A DNA stretch of 40,281 nt from Candidatus Eiseniibacteriota bacterium (GCA_046596055.1 JBKJNH010000240.1:1-40281); one strand, 5' to 3'. Positions 31,927-39,891 are shown, counted from the stretch's first letter. Program-made: numbers and translations. The notes: generated from the letters alone by a model not told the origin.

Positions 31927-33117
31927 GTGGCATTCGAGTTCAAGCTGCCCGACATCGGCGAAGGCGTGGCCGAGGCGGAGATCGTGAAGTGGCTGGTCGC
32001 GGCGGGCGACGTCGTCGTCGAGGACCAGCCTCTGGTCGAGGTGCTCACCGACAAGGCGACGGTCGAGATCCCTTCGCCGCGTGCGGGGACCATCACGTCG
32101 CTCGGCGCGGCCGAAGGCGCCACGCTTCCGGTGGGGGCGGTGCTGGTGACGATTGAGACCGGCGGCGAGGTTGCTGTGTCCCCGCCTGCGTCTGCACATG
32201 TGCCTGCGGCGTACGCCTCCGTCGCCGCTCCTGCAGCGACAAATGTGGCTCCGCCGAGCCGTGTCGAAGCCGTTCCCGCCGCGCGTTCGCTGGCGAAGGA
32301 GAGCGGCCTCGACCTGGCGACCGTGACCGGCACCGGCCCGGGCGGGCGGATCACGCTCGAGGATGTGAAGGCCGCGCTGCAGGGTGGGGCTGCCGGTCGG
32401 CCGACCGCGGCGCCGGCAAGGCCCGCCTCCGGCGGACATGAAGAACGCGTTCCGCTGCGCGGACTCCGACGGAAGATCGCCGAGCACATGGTGCACGCGG
32501 CGCGCACGGTGCCGCACTTCACGTTCGTGGCCGAGGCCGACATGAGCCACGTCGTCGCGGCCCGCGGCGCGCTGAAAGCCTCCGGGGAGAAGATCACGTA
32601 TCTCGCGTGGATCGTTCGCGCGGTCGTCGCGGCCCTCAAGGAGTTCCCGTTGCTCAACGCGAGCCTCGACGACGCGGCGAACGAGATCGTGCTCAAGAAG
32701 CACTACGACATCGGCATCGCCACGGCGACCGAGGACGGCCTCATGGTGCCGGTGATCCACGGCGCCGACGGGCTCGACCTGTCGGCCATCGCACGGGAGA
32801 TCGAGCGCCTGGCGCAGGGGGCACGGGGCCGGAAGCTGGCGCTCGAGGACCTGACCGGCGGCACGTTCACGATCACCACCACGGGCGCGTTCGGCGGCCT
32901 GCTGGCCACGCCGATCGTGCACCATCCGCAGGTGGCGATCCTCGGCGTGCACGCTGTCACGCCGAAGCCGGTCGTGCGCGACGGGCAGATCGTGATCCGC
33001 GAGATGACGAACCTGTCGCTGTCGCTCGATCACCGCGTCGTCGACGGCGACGTCGGCGCACGCTTCCTGTACGACGTGATCGCGCGGCTCGAGCGCGTGG
33101 AGGAGCCCGCACGATGA
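31927..33117 (+). CDS. Dihydrolipoamide acyltransferase E2 component
   Basis: GTG start. The lipoyl domain is VEVLTDKATVEIPSP. The subunit-binding domain is PAARSLAKESGLDLATVTGTGPGGRIT. The catalytic region is LSLSLDHRVVDG. Confidence 0.9.
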   Translation: MAFEFKLPDIGEGVAEAEIVKWLVAAGDVVVEDQPLVEVLTDKATVEIPSPRAGTITSLGAAEGATLPVGAVLVTIETGGEVAVSPPASAHVPAAYASVAAPAATNVAPPSRVEAVPAARSLAKESGLDLATVTGTGPGGRITLEDVKAALQGGAAGRPTAAPARPASGGHEERVPLRGLRRKIAEHMVHAARTVPHFTFVAEADMSHVVAARGALKASGEKITYLAWIVRAVVAALKEFPLLNASLDDAANEIVLKKHYDIGIATATEDGLMVPVIHGADGLDLSAIAREIERLAQGARGRKLALEDLTGGTFTITTTGAFGGLLATPIVHHPQVAILGVHAVTPKPVVRDGQIVIREMTNLSLSLDHRVVDGDVGARFLYDVIARLERVEEPAR

Positions 33118-34220
33118 CGCACGAACTGCTGAGCCTGATGGAGGCCGACGGCTCGATGGATCCCGCGCGCGACCCGGGCATCGATCCGGCGACGCTGATC
33201 CGCATCTACGAGCACATGCTGCTGCTGCGCGTGCTCGACGTCCGCATGATGAACCTGCAGCGCCAGGGCCGCATCGGCTTCTACGGCACCGCCCTCGGCG
33301 AGGAGGCCGCGACGCTGGGCAGCGTGGCAGCCGTGCGCGACACGGACTGGGTGTTCCCGGCGCTGCGCCAGGGTGGTGCGCTGTTGTGGCGAGGGTTCAA
33401 GCTCGAGGCGTTCATCGCCCAGCTCATCGGCAACTCCGGCGACGTGCTCAACGGTCACCAGATGCCGTGCCACTACGCCGACCGCGGCGTGAACGTCGTC
33501 GCCTGGTCGTCCGTGATCGGCACCCAGTTGCCGCATGCGGTGGGGATGGCGTGGGCCGCACGACACAAGGGGAAGGACGACATCGCAGTCGCCTACCTGG
33601 GTGACGGTGCCACGAGCTCGGCCGACTTCCATGCGGCGATGAACTTCGCCGGCGTGTGGAAGGCGCCGGTCGTGTTCGTGTGCCAGAACAACCAGTGGGC
33701 CATCTCGGTCCCCGTCGAGGCGCAGACTGCGGTCGTCGAGCTGGTGCGCAAGGCCGACGGCTACGGCGTTCCCGCCGTGCGCGTCGATGGCAACGATGCG
33801 CTGGCCGTCTACCGTGCGGTCTCCGAGGCGGCGGCACGCGCCCGACGCGACGAAGGGCCGACGTTCATCGAGTGCGTGACGTTTCGCATGGGCGGGCACT
33901 CCTCGAGCGACGATCCCACCCGGTATCGCGACGACGCCGTCGTCGCCGCATGGAAGCTCAAGGATCCGGTCGTGCGCCTGCGCCGCCATCTCGAGGGTCG
34001 CGGCCTGTGGAGCGAGGAGAAGGAGACCGCCGCCAACGACGCGTGGAACGCGAAGGTGGGCGAGGCGATCAAGGTCGCCGAGGCCATGCCTGCGCCGGCG
34101 GTCGAGAGCATCTTCGACGGCGTGTACGCCTCTCCGCCGTGGAACCTGCGCGAGCAGCGCGACTGGCTGACCGCCGAAGGCGGCGGCCACGCGAAGGCCG
34201 AAGGGAGGTTTCCCCTGTGA
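33114..34220 (+). CDS. 2-oxoacid dehydrogenase E1 component alpha subunit (TPP-binding)
   Basis: The start is re-set to ATG 33114, forming an ATGA overlap with the E2 stop; 368 aa. Motifs are RQGRIGFYGTALGEEA, YLGDGATSSADFHAAMNFA, VVFVCQNNQWAIS and RMGGHSSSDD. Confidence 0.9.
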   Translation: MTHELLSLMEADGSMDPARDPGIDPATLIRIYEHMLLLRVLDVRMMNLQRQGRIGFYGTALGEEAATLGSVAAVRDTDWVFPALRQGGALLWRGFKLEAFIAQLIGNSGDVLNGHQMPCHYADRGVNVVAWSSVIGTQLPHAVGMAWAARHKGKDDIAVAYLGDGATSSADFHAAMNFAGVWKAPVVFVCQNNQWAISVPVEAQTAVVELVRKADGYGVPAVRVDGNDALAVYRAVSEAAARARRDEGPTFIECVTFRMGGHSSSDDPTRYRDDAVVAAWKLKDPVVRLRRHLEGRGLWSEEKETAANDAWNAKVGEAIKVAEAMPAPAVESIFDGVYASPPWNLREQRDWLTAEGGGHAKAEGRFPL

Positions 34221-35644
34221 GCATGATGCCGCCCAGCGGTCCCGGGGATCCGCGTCCTGGTGCGCCGCAACCCGGACTCACGACCGACGACCCGCTCGCC
34301 CGCGCCACCGCGCAGAAGGCCGAGGAACTCGCGCGCCGCATGAAGGCCGAGGGCGAGAAGCGCCGCGCCGCCGGCCGCACGACGCGCATCATCCTGTTCG
34401 CCGCGCTGCTTGCCATCACCGGCGGCCTGTGGTGGCTGTTCTCGCCGAAGTCCGCGACCACGCCCGTCGCGACATGGGAGCGCCGCGTCGCCGCGGGCAC
34501 GAAGGTGACCGGCCCGTCACTGGCCATCAGCCCCGACGGCAAGTGGTTCGCGCTCGCCTGGGCCGAGGGCGGCACGCTGTGGTGGATGCGCGGTTCGCGC
34601 GAGGTGACGGGTCGCTTCCGCTTCGATGCGCCGACGGCGGTGCCCGATCAGTTGCACCCGTTCACCGCGTTCGACGAGGATCCGCCCAAGGCCGCGATCG
34701 ACAACGAGGGACAGGTCGCCGTCGCGTGGATGACTCGCCCGGCGAGTCGCGCGGAGGGCTCCGTGATCGCCGTGGCGCGGCCGAACCTCGACCGCGACGG
34801 CGCGGTCGCGATCACGCGGATCGAGCCGACCGATCCCGCGGGGTTCTATCTCTGCGAGTCGATCCAGTACGACGACGACGGCGGCCTGCTTGCCGTGTGG
34901 ATCGACGCCGGATCGGCGGCGCACTCGCATGGCGAGGTCGGCACGCTGCAGTGCGCGACCGCGCCGGCGCAGGGCGCCTTCGAGACGACCGCGGTACTGG
35001 CCGACAGCGTCTGCGCCTGCTGCCGGACGTCGATCTCGTGGTTCGGCCCCGACACCTTCGCCCTGTCGTGGCGCGGCGTCGACGCGGCGAACTCGCGCGA
35101 CGTGCGCTTCGCGGTGCTGCGCGAGCGCGGGCTCGACGGCTCGGGCACCCCGACGCTGGATCCGCAGTCGCGCGCTCTCGTGCGCGAGGACGGCTGGAAG
35201 ATCGAGGGCTGCCCGTCGCACGGTCCCAGCGTCGCCGCGATCGGCGACAAGGCCGCGTGGATCGCCTGGTACACCGAGGGGACGCCGCGCGGCCTGTCGC
35301 TGGCGAAGCTCGACCCGCGTCACGGCGTCGAAGGGCTCCGCTGGGGCACGCGCGAGATGCTCGAGATCGACCCGCGCGAGAAGGCTGCCTACCCGAACGT
35401 CGTCACGCTGGGATCTGGCCGGCCGCTCGTCGTCTTCGAGGGCCCGGCGCCCGAGGGCGGCCGCGGCCTCTTCGGCCGCACGATGACGCGCACCGGCCTG
35501 GGCGCGCCGGTGCGATTCACCACCGCGACCCGCCCGTCGCGGCCCGTCGCCGTGCGCTGGGGCGGGAGCGGAGCGCTCGTCGCGTGGACCGAGTCCGACG
35601 AGATCGGCTCGCGCATGGCGATCGCGGAGTGGAAGGGGCTGTAG
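34217..35644 (+). CDS. Membrane-anchored Cys-rich beta-propeller-like protein of unknown function
   Basis: GTG 34217 forms a GTGA overlap with the E1alpha stop, with GGGAGG 8 nt upstream; 475 aa. It has one TM helix (IILFAALLAITGGLWWLF). The ectodomain has repeated xAVAW/LAVW strands and the Cys motifs SVCACCRTSISW and WKIEGCPSHGPSVA. Confidence 0.65.
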   Translation: MSMMPPSGPGDPRPGAPQPGLTTDDPLARATAQKAEELARRMKAEGEKRRAAGRTTRIILFAALLAITGGLWWLFSPKSATTPVATWERRVAAGTKVTGPSLAISPDGKWFALAWAEGGTLWWMRGSREVTGRFRFDAPTAVPDQLHPFTAFDEDPPKAAIDNEGQVAVAWMTRPASRAEGSVIAVARPNLDRDGAVAITRIEPTDPAGFYLCESIQYDDDGGLLAVWIDAGSAAHSHGEVGTLQCATAPAQGAFETTAVLADSVCACCRTSISWFGPDTFALSWRGVDAANSRDVRFAVLRERGLDGSGTPTLDPQSRALVREDGWKIEGCPSHGPSVAAIGDKAAWIAWYTEGTPRGLSLAKLDPRHGVEGLRWGTREMLEIDPREKAAYPNVVTLGSGRPLVVFEGPAPEGGRGLFGRTMTRTGLGAPVRFTTATRPSRPVAVRWGGSGALVAWTESDEIGSRMAIAEWKGL

Positions 35645-35665
35645 TTTCGCGGTTGCTTCGGACGT

Positions 35666-35700
35666 CCTCCCGGCGCAATGATCGTCGGGCCGGGGGGAGG
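35666..35700 (+). promoter_or_regulatory. Hairpin pairing CCUCC(CGGC) with the GGAGG Shine-Dalgarno of the next gene
   Basis: CCTCCCGGC-gcaatgatcgtcgg-GCCGGGGGGAGG forms a 5-bp plus 4-bp stem with a GGG bulge. GGAGGA lies 7 nt before ATG 35709. Confidence 0.35.
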
Positions 35701-35708
35701 ATGGCTGG

Positions 35709-36437
35709 ATGAACGCTTTGCCCTTTCTGAAACTTCGCGCCCTCGCATCGCCGTTCCTGTTCCTGCTCACCGTCGCTCTCGCGACGATGCTCTCTGGTTG
35801 CTCCGAGGATGACTCCTCCACCGGGCCCGGGGACCTGCGTGTCTTCTATCCCCCCGATCTCATGGAAGTGATCGCGCCCGACTCTGCGGAGGTGGGCGAT
35901 ACCGTGGAGATCGTCGCGTGCATCTCCATCGGAGGCTGCCAGCCGGCCGAGCTCGCCGTGCTCACGGGACTCGAGTCGGGCTATGGCCGGGTGCAGCTCC
36001 TCGCCAGCCGACCCTTCAAGACCGGCACCTGCAACACCGGCATCTGGGGTGTCCCGTTGACCACGCGCGTGCCGATCGGCACCGCGGGAACCTGGCGTTT
36101 CGACGTGGTCGGTCGAACGAGCGAGTCGGTCGAGGTGGTGGTGACTTCGAGGGTCGAGGTCGTCTCGCGCGAGTCGGGCCGCGCGATCCCCGGAGACACG
36201 CTCACGGTTTTTCCGGTGACGCGCCGCCTCGATGATTTCTGGGATGTCGGGACCCCGCTCCGGAGCGGGATCGCGGACTCGATGGGAACACTGCGGATCG
36301 ATCTGATGGGGCTGAAGGCGGAGGACCGACTGCTGCTTCGCCGAAAATCACCGCGTGACGGAATGTGGACCGACTTCCCGTTCCTGGAGGCGCCTCCGGC
36401 GGATCAGAAAGTTGAGCGCGTGACCCTCTACTTCTAG
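35709..36437 (+). CDS. Lipoprotein of unknown function
   Basis: The lipobox is LATMLSGC-SEDDSSTG; 242 aa. I recognised no domain. Confidence 0.7.
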   Translation: MNALPFLKLRALASPFLFLLTVALATMLSGCSEDDSSTGPGDLRVFYPPDLMEVIAPDSAEVGDTVEIVACISIGGCQPAELAVLTGLESGYGRVQLLASRPFKTGTCNTGIWGVPLTTRVPIGTAGTWRFDVVGRTSESVEVVVTSRVEVVSRESGRAIPGDTLTVFPVTRRLDDFWDVGTPLRSGIADSMGTLRIDLMGLKAEDRLLLRRKSPRDGMWTDFPFLEAPPADQKVERVTLYF

Positions 36438-36514
36438 ACGTGCCCGCCAGCCAACGAGTCGTTACGGTAATTCCGGGACTCGCGTCGATGCCGCGGATGT
36501 GGATGGCGGACATG

Positions 36515-36546
36515 CAAAACAACATGCGCCGGGGCATGTTGTTTTG
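36515..36546 (+). terminator. Intrinsic terminator hairpin CAAAACAACATGC-gccggg-GCATGTTGTTTTG
   Basis: It has a 13-bp stem followed by TTCCATTTTG, 78 nt after the lipoprotein stop. The core CAACATGC-CCGGGGCATGTTG is shared with 5626-5649. Confidence 0.55.
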
Positions 36547-36596
36547 TTCCATTTTGCTCCATCGTGCATCGGGACCGGGCGAACGGACTCGGTGAG

Positions 36597-36612
36597 CTTG
36601 CGCCGGCGCAAG
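36597..36612. repeat. Third copy of palindrome CTTGCGCCGGCGCAAG
   Basis: The 16-bp core is exact and identical to the two copies at 5505-5554. Confidence 0.9.
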
Positions 36613-36641
36613 TTGGCACCCGCGATTCGCGCAGACCCGAG

Positions 36642-36659
36642 TCGCACGCGATCGTGCGA
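36642..36659. terminator. Hairpin TCGCACG-cgat-CGTGCGA
   Basis: It has a 7-bp stem, in the same convergent spacer. Confidence 0.3.
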
Positions 36660-36662
36660 ATC

Positions 36663-36682
36663 CACTGTCCCCGGGGACAGTG
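36663..36682 (-). terminator. Perfect 20-bp palindrome CACTGTCCCCGGGGACAGTG, 5 nt after the GGCT gene stop
   Basis: It was read directly and has the same N6-CCCCGGGG-N6 layout as 5628-5647. There is no U-tract. Confidence 0.4.
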
Positions 36683-36687
36683 AGTTC

Positions 36688-37161
36688 TCAATCCGCCGTC
36701 GCCACCGCCTCCACGGCGGCAATCGCCGCCGCCGCCACTCCGTGGTGTCTCATCCCGGTGAGGATCGCATCCCGATAGCGTCGGGACGGCAGGCCGGCGG
36801 GCTCGGCCTCGGGGCGCATCGCGTAGGTCTCGACGTCCTGCGTCCCGCCCTTCTCCATGTCGACGAACAGGGCGATCCGGTCGTACAGGTTCGACGCCTT
36901 GCCCGGGCCGTCGTATCCTTCGTACGAGTCGAGCGACGCGTAGTGCTCCCTGGTGATCGCGAAGACGACGCCGTGGACGATCGCCCCGTAACGCGGCTCG
37001 ATCGTCGCGACCGCGCCGGCCCAGTCGCGGCCGTAGCCGCGAAACGCAAGCGTGTAGCCGGGCAGCGTCGCGCGGCCGATCACACGATGGCCGGGGCAAC
37101 GCTTCGACATCTGCACGGGCTCGAGGTTCGAGCCGTAGGCGAAGTAGAGGGCCGATTCCAT
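36688..37161 (-). CDS. Gamma-glutamylcyclotransferase (AIG2/GGACT-like) family protein, paralog 1
   Basis: MESALYFAYGSNLEPVQMSKRCPG...VHGVVFAI...LDSYEG. The start is set at ATG 37161; the track start TTG 37197 is also possible. Confidence 0.75.
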   Translation of the reverse strand: MESALYFAYGSNLEPVQMSKRCPGHRVIGRATLPGYTLAFRGYGRDWAGAVATIEPRYGAIVHGVVFAITREHYASLDSYEGYDGPGKASNLYDRIALFVDMEKGGTQDVETYAMRPEAEPAGLPSRRYRDAILTGMRHHGVAAAAIAAVEAVATAD

Positions 37162-37208
37162 CGGCACAGAGTGCACTCGCCGACCCCACCCACGCAAGAG
37201 GACCTGCC

Positions 37209-37613
37209 ATGCACGGCCCCGTGGTCACCACGACTCCGCCCGGGACGATGACGCCGATCGGTCCCTATCACCACGTCGCGCGCGCCGGATCGTTCATCAC
37301 CATCGGCGGGACGGCGGGCATCGATCCCGCGACCGGCGCGCTCGTCGGGCCCGACGTCGGAGCGCAGACAACGCGCATCGTCGAGTCCTTCCGCACGATG
37401 CTCGAATCCGTCGGATCGGACCTGGCGCACGTCCTGCACGTGAACGTGTTTCTCATCGACGTGGGGGACTTTGCGGAGATGAACGGCGCCTATGCCGCGG
37501 CGATGGGGGAGCACCGTCCGGCGCGGACGGCGATCGGCGTGGCGGCGTTGCCGATTCCGGGAGCGCGTCTGACGATGAACCTGACCGCCGTCACACGCGG
37601 CGACACGGGATAG
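37209..37613 (+). CDS. RidA/YjgF/TdcF family reactive-intermediate deaminase
   Basis: AAGAGGA lies 6 nt upstream of the ATG. Motifs are PIGPYHHVARAGSFITIGGTAGIDPATG, VNVFLIDVGDFAEMNGAY and PARTAIGVAALP. Confidence 0.85.
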   Translation: MHGPVVTTTPPGTMTPIGPYHHVARAGSFITIGGTAGIDPATGALVGPDVGAQTTRIVESFRTMLESVGSDLAHVLHVNVFLIDVGDFAEMNGAYAAAMGEHRPARTAIGVAALPIPGARLTMNLTAVTRGDTG

Positions 37614-37616
37614 GCG

Positions 37617-38099
37617 CTAGTCACACACCGGCGTCGCCTCGAGGGCGGCGATCACCGGGGCGGGCAGGCTGTGGCGACGCATGCCCGTCAGCAGCGTCCA
37701 GCGGTAGCGGCGCGAGGGCAGCCCCGCGGGGCGCGGGCGCATGATGTAGGTCTCGACCTCGAGGGGCTCGTTCATCTCGAGCACGACGGTGCGCCGCACG
37801 CGGTCGTACAGGTTCGCGGCGTGCTGCGGGCCCAGGTAGGTCTGCACGTGGTCGAGCGAGGCGAAGTCGTCGGGCGTGAGCTCGTAGACGACGCCGTGCA
37901 CCATCGAGCCCGGTGCGTGCTCGACCGTCGCGACCGCTCCGCCCCACGCCTTGTCGCGGCCGCGGAACACGAGAACGTGATCGTGCAGGATCGCGCGGCA
38001 CAGGAAGCGATGAAAAGGGCAGCGCGCGCGCATCGTCTCCGGGTCCAGGTTCGAGCCGTAGGCGAAGTAGACCGGCAGCGGCGCGGCAGGCGTGGTCAT
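37617..38099 (-). CDS. Gamma-glutamylcyclotransferase (AIG2/GGACT-like) family protein, paralog 2
   Basis: VYFAYGSNLDPETMRARCP...VHGVVYELTPDDFASLD...AGLPSRRYRWTLLTGMRRH. It aligns clearly with paralog 1 along its whole length. Confidence 0.8.
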   Translation of the reverse strand: MTTPAAPLPVYFAYGSNLDPETMRARCPFHRFLCRAILHDHVLVFRGRDKAWGGAVATVEHAPGSMVHGVVYELTPDDFASLDHVQTYLGPQHAANLYDRVRRTVVLEMNEPLEVETYIMRPRPAGLPSRRYRWTLLTGMRRHSLPAPVIAALEATPVCD

Positions 38100-38267
38100 C
38101 GTCGATCCCCCATGCGCCGGAGTCTAGCAGCCGTCACACCCTTGCGCGGATTGCGCAAAGCTGAGAAACTTTCACCGCCCCGGCAGCCCAGTGCACGATC
38201 GCGCACCCTCGGTCCGCCCGAACCGCGCGCGTCGCTCGCACACCCGCGCGGAACCCCGAGGGCCTGC

Positions 38268-38798
38268 ATGGACCAGCCGATCTACATCCGCCCCGCAAGC
38301 GAATCCGACGCCACCGAGTTGCTCGATATCTATCGTCCGTTCGTCGAGTCGACTGCAGTCTCGTTTGAATTCGAGCCGCCCAGCGTGGCCGAGTTCGCCG
38401 AGCGCATTGCGAAATCCATCGCCGACTGGCAGTGGCTGGTCGCCGAACAGGACGAGCGTTGCATCGGGTACGCCTACGGTTCGTCCCACCGCGAACGCGC
38501 CGCCTACCGCTGGTCGGTCGAGGTCTCCGCATACGTGCACCCCGGGCACCTGCGCCGCGGGGTGGGACGGATGCTCTACACGCAGCTGCTCGACGACCTG
38601 GCGCTACGCGGGTATCGCAACGCGTACGCGGGAATCGCGTTGCCCAACGAGGCGAGCGTCGCGCTCCACCGGCGGGCCGGCTTCGATTACATCGGCGTGT
38701 TCAAGGCCGTGGGGCGGAAGTTCGACCGCTGGCACGACGTGGCGTGGTACCAGCGGGTGCTGCCCAACGTCTCCTCGGACGAGAGCAACGAGCCCTGA
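38268..38798 (+). CDS. GNAT N-acetyltransferase, phosphinothricin/methionine-sulfoximine acetyltransferase (PAT) type
   Basis: The start is re-set to ATG 38268; 176 aa. Motifs are IRPASESDATELLDIYRPFVESTAVSFEFEPPSVAEF, IGYAYGSSHRERAAYRWSVEVSAYVHP, RRGVGRMLY, NEASVALHRRAGF and KFDRWHDVAWYQ. Confidence 0.8.
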   Translation: MDQPIYIRPASESDATELLDIYRPFVESTAVSFEFEPPSVAEFAERIAKSIADWQWLVAEQDERCIGYAYGSSHRERAAYRWSVEVSAYVHPGHLRRGVGRMLYTQLLDDLALRGYRNAYAGIALPNEASVALHRRAGFDYIGVFKAVGRKFDRWHDVAWYQRVLPNVSSDESNEP

Positions 38799-38865
38799 TC
38801 GCACGGGGCGGGCGGGCTTGCAGGTGGCGGCCGAAGCTGCAAGTCTGTGCCCTTCCCGAACCGAA

Positions 38866-38991
38866 ATGGTCGAGCGGGCGAAGGTCCCCGGCGGATGGCT
38901 CGTGATTTCGCAGTTCATGGTGGGCAGCGCGCACGGCCTCACGTTCGTGCCCGATCCCCGGCACGAGTGGGACGGCGGGAGCGTCGCGTGA
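38866..38991 (+). CDS. Possible 41-aa ORF of unknown function
   Basis: MVERAKVPGGWLVISQFMVGSAHGLTFVPDPRHEWDGGSVA. Only 3 of 41 codons (gga, att, gat) end in A or T, which argues for coding. There is no SD. An in-frame GTG at 38824 would extend it. Confidence 0.3.
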   Translation: MVERAKVPGGWLVISQFMVGSAHGLTFVPDPRHEWDGGSVA

Positions 38992-39018
38992 GCCGCCCGG
39001 GACGCGCGTAGGAGCGTC

Positions 39019-39891
39019 ATGCAACCCGACGATCTCGCTTCCGAGCTTCTCGCCCTGTGGGATTTCGGCGACGCCGCCGAGTCCGAACGGCGCTTTGTCG
39101 CACTCGCCGCAAGGGTCGAGGCCGAACCCGAGGCCGCTGCGATCGTGCAAACGCAGATCGCGCGGGCTCAGGGCCTGCAACGTCGCTTCGACGACGCGCA
39201 CGCGACGCTCGATGGGGTCGAGGCGCAACCGGCCGCGCGCGGCGCGCGGGTCGCGGTGCGCCTGGCGCTCGAGCGCGGGCGCGTCTTCCGTTCTGCCGGC
39301 GATCCGGAGAAGGCACAACCGTACTTCGCCGTGGCGTTCGCCCGCGCGGATGAGGCGGGGGAGGACGCGCTCTCCGTCGATGCCGCGCACATGCTCGCAA
39401 TCGTCGAGACCGATCCCGCGCTCCAGGCGACATGGAACGAGCGCGCGCTCGCGCTGGCCGAGGGATCGTCCAATCCGCTGGCGCGGCGCTGGCGGGGGTC
39501 GTTGCTCAACAACATGGGATGGACCCGCCACGGCGAGGGCCGCTTCGACGAGGCGCTCGTGCTGTTCGAACGTGCGCTGGCCGCGCACGAGGATATGGGG
39601 AATGCCGGGTCGATCCGAGTCGCGCGCTGGTGCGTGGCTCGAACCTTGCGCTCACTCGGCCGTGTCGACGAGGCACTTGCTGCGCAGCAAGTGCTCCACG
39701 CCGCGATCGTCGAGGCCGGCGCGCCGGCCGACGGATTCGTGTTCGAGGAGATCGCCGGGTGCCTCGTCGCCCTCGGCCGTGCGGAGGAGGCGCGCCCGTG
39801 GTACGCGCAGGCCCACGCCGAGCTCGTGAAGGATCCATGGTTCGTCGAGGAGGAGCCCGCACGGCTGGCGCGCATGCTGGCGGGAAGCTAG
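39019..39891 (+). CDS. Tetratricopeptide-repeat protein
   Basis: 290 aa and helical, with TPR-like units such as GDPEKAQPYFAVAFARA, GRFDEALVLFERALAA and GRAEEARPWYAQAHA. Confidence 0.7.
   Translation: MQPDDLASELLALWDFGDAAESERRFVALAARVEAEPEAAAIVQTQIARAQGLQRRFDDAHATLDGVEAQPAARGARVAVRLALERGRVFRSAGDPEKAQPYFAVAFARADEAGEDALSVDAAHMLAIVETDPALQATWNERALALAEGSSNPLARRWRGSLLNNMGWTRHGEGRFDEALVLFERALAAHEDMGNAGSIRVARWCVARTLRSLGRVDEALAAQQVLHAAIVEAGAPADGFVFEEIAGCLVALGRAEEARPWYAQAHAELVKDPWFVEEEPARLARMLAGS

Noticed and set aside
30751-33033. 760-aa minus-strand ORF
   Set aside because: It is antisense to the E1beta and E2 genes, whose plus-strand translations carry unambiguous TPP-enzyme and lipoyl/DHRVVDG motifs.
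5505-36612. The two palindrome-bearing loci as inverted termini of a 31-kb mobile element
   Set aside because: There is no transposase, integrase or target-site duplication. The interior is ordinary housekeeping and regulatory content. The sequence between the palindromes is unrelated at the two loci. Recycled terminator or REP-like elements are a simpler explanation.
38142-38158. TTGCGC-ggatt-GCGCAA as a fourth copy of the CTTGCGCCGGCGCAAG palindrome
   Set aside because: It shares the 6-bp arms but has different spacing (5 nt versus 2 nt) and different flanks. 6-bp GC-rich arms are expected by chance in this genome.
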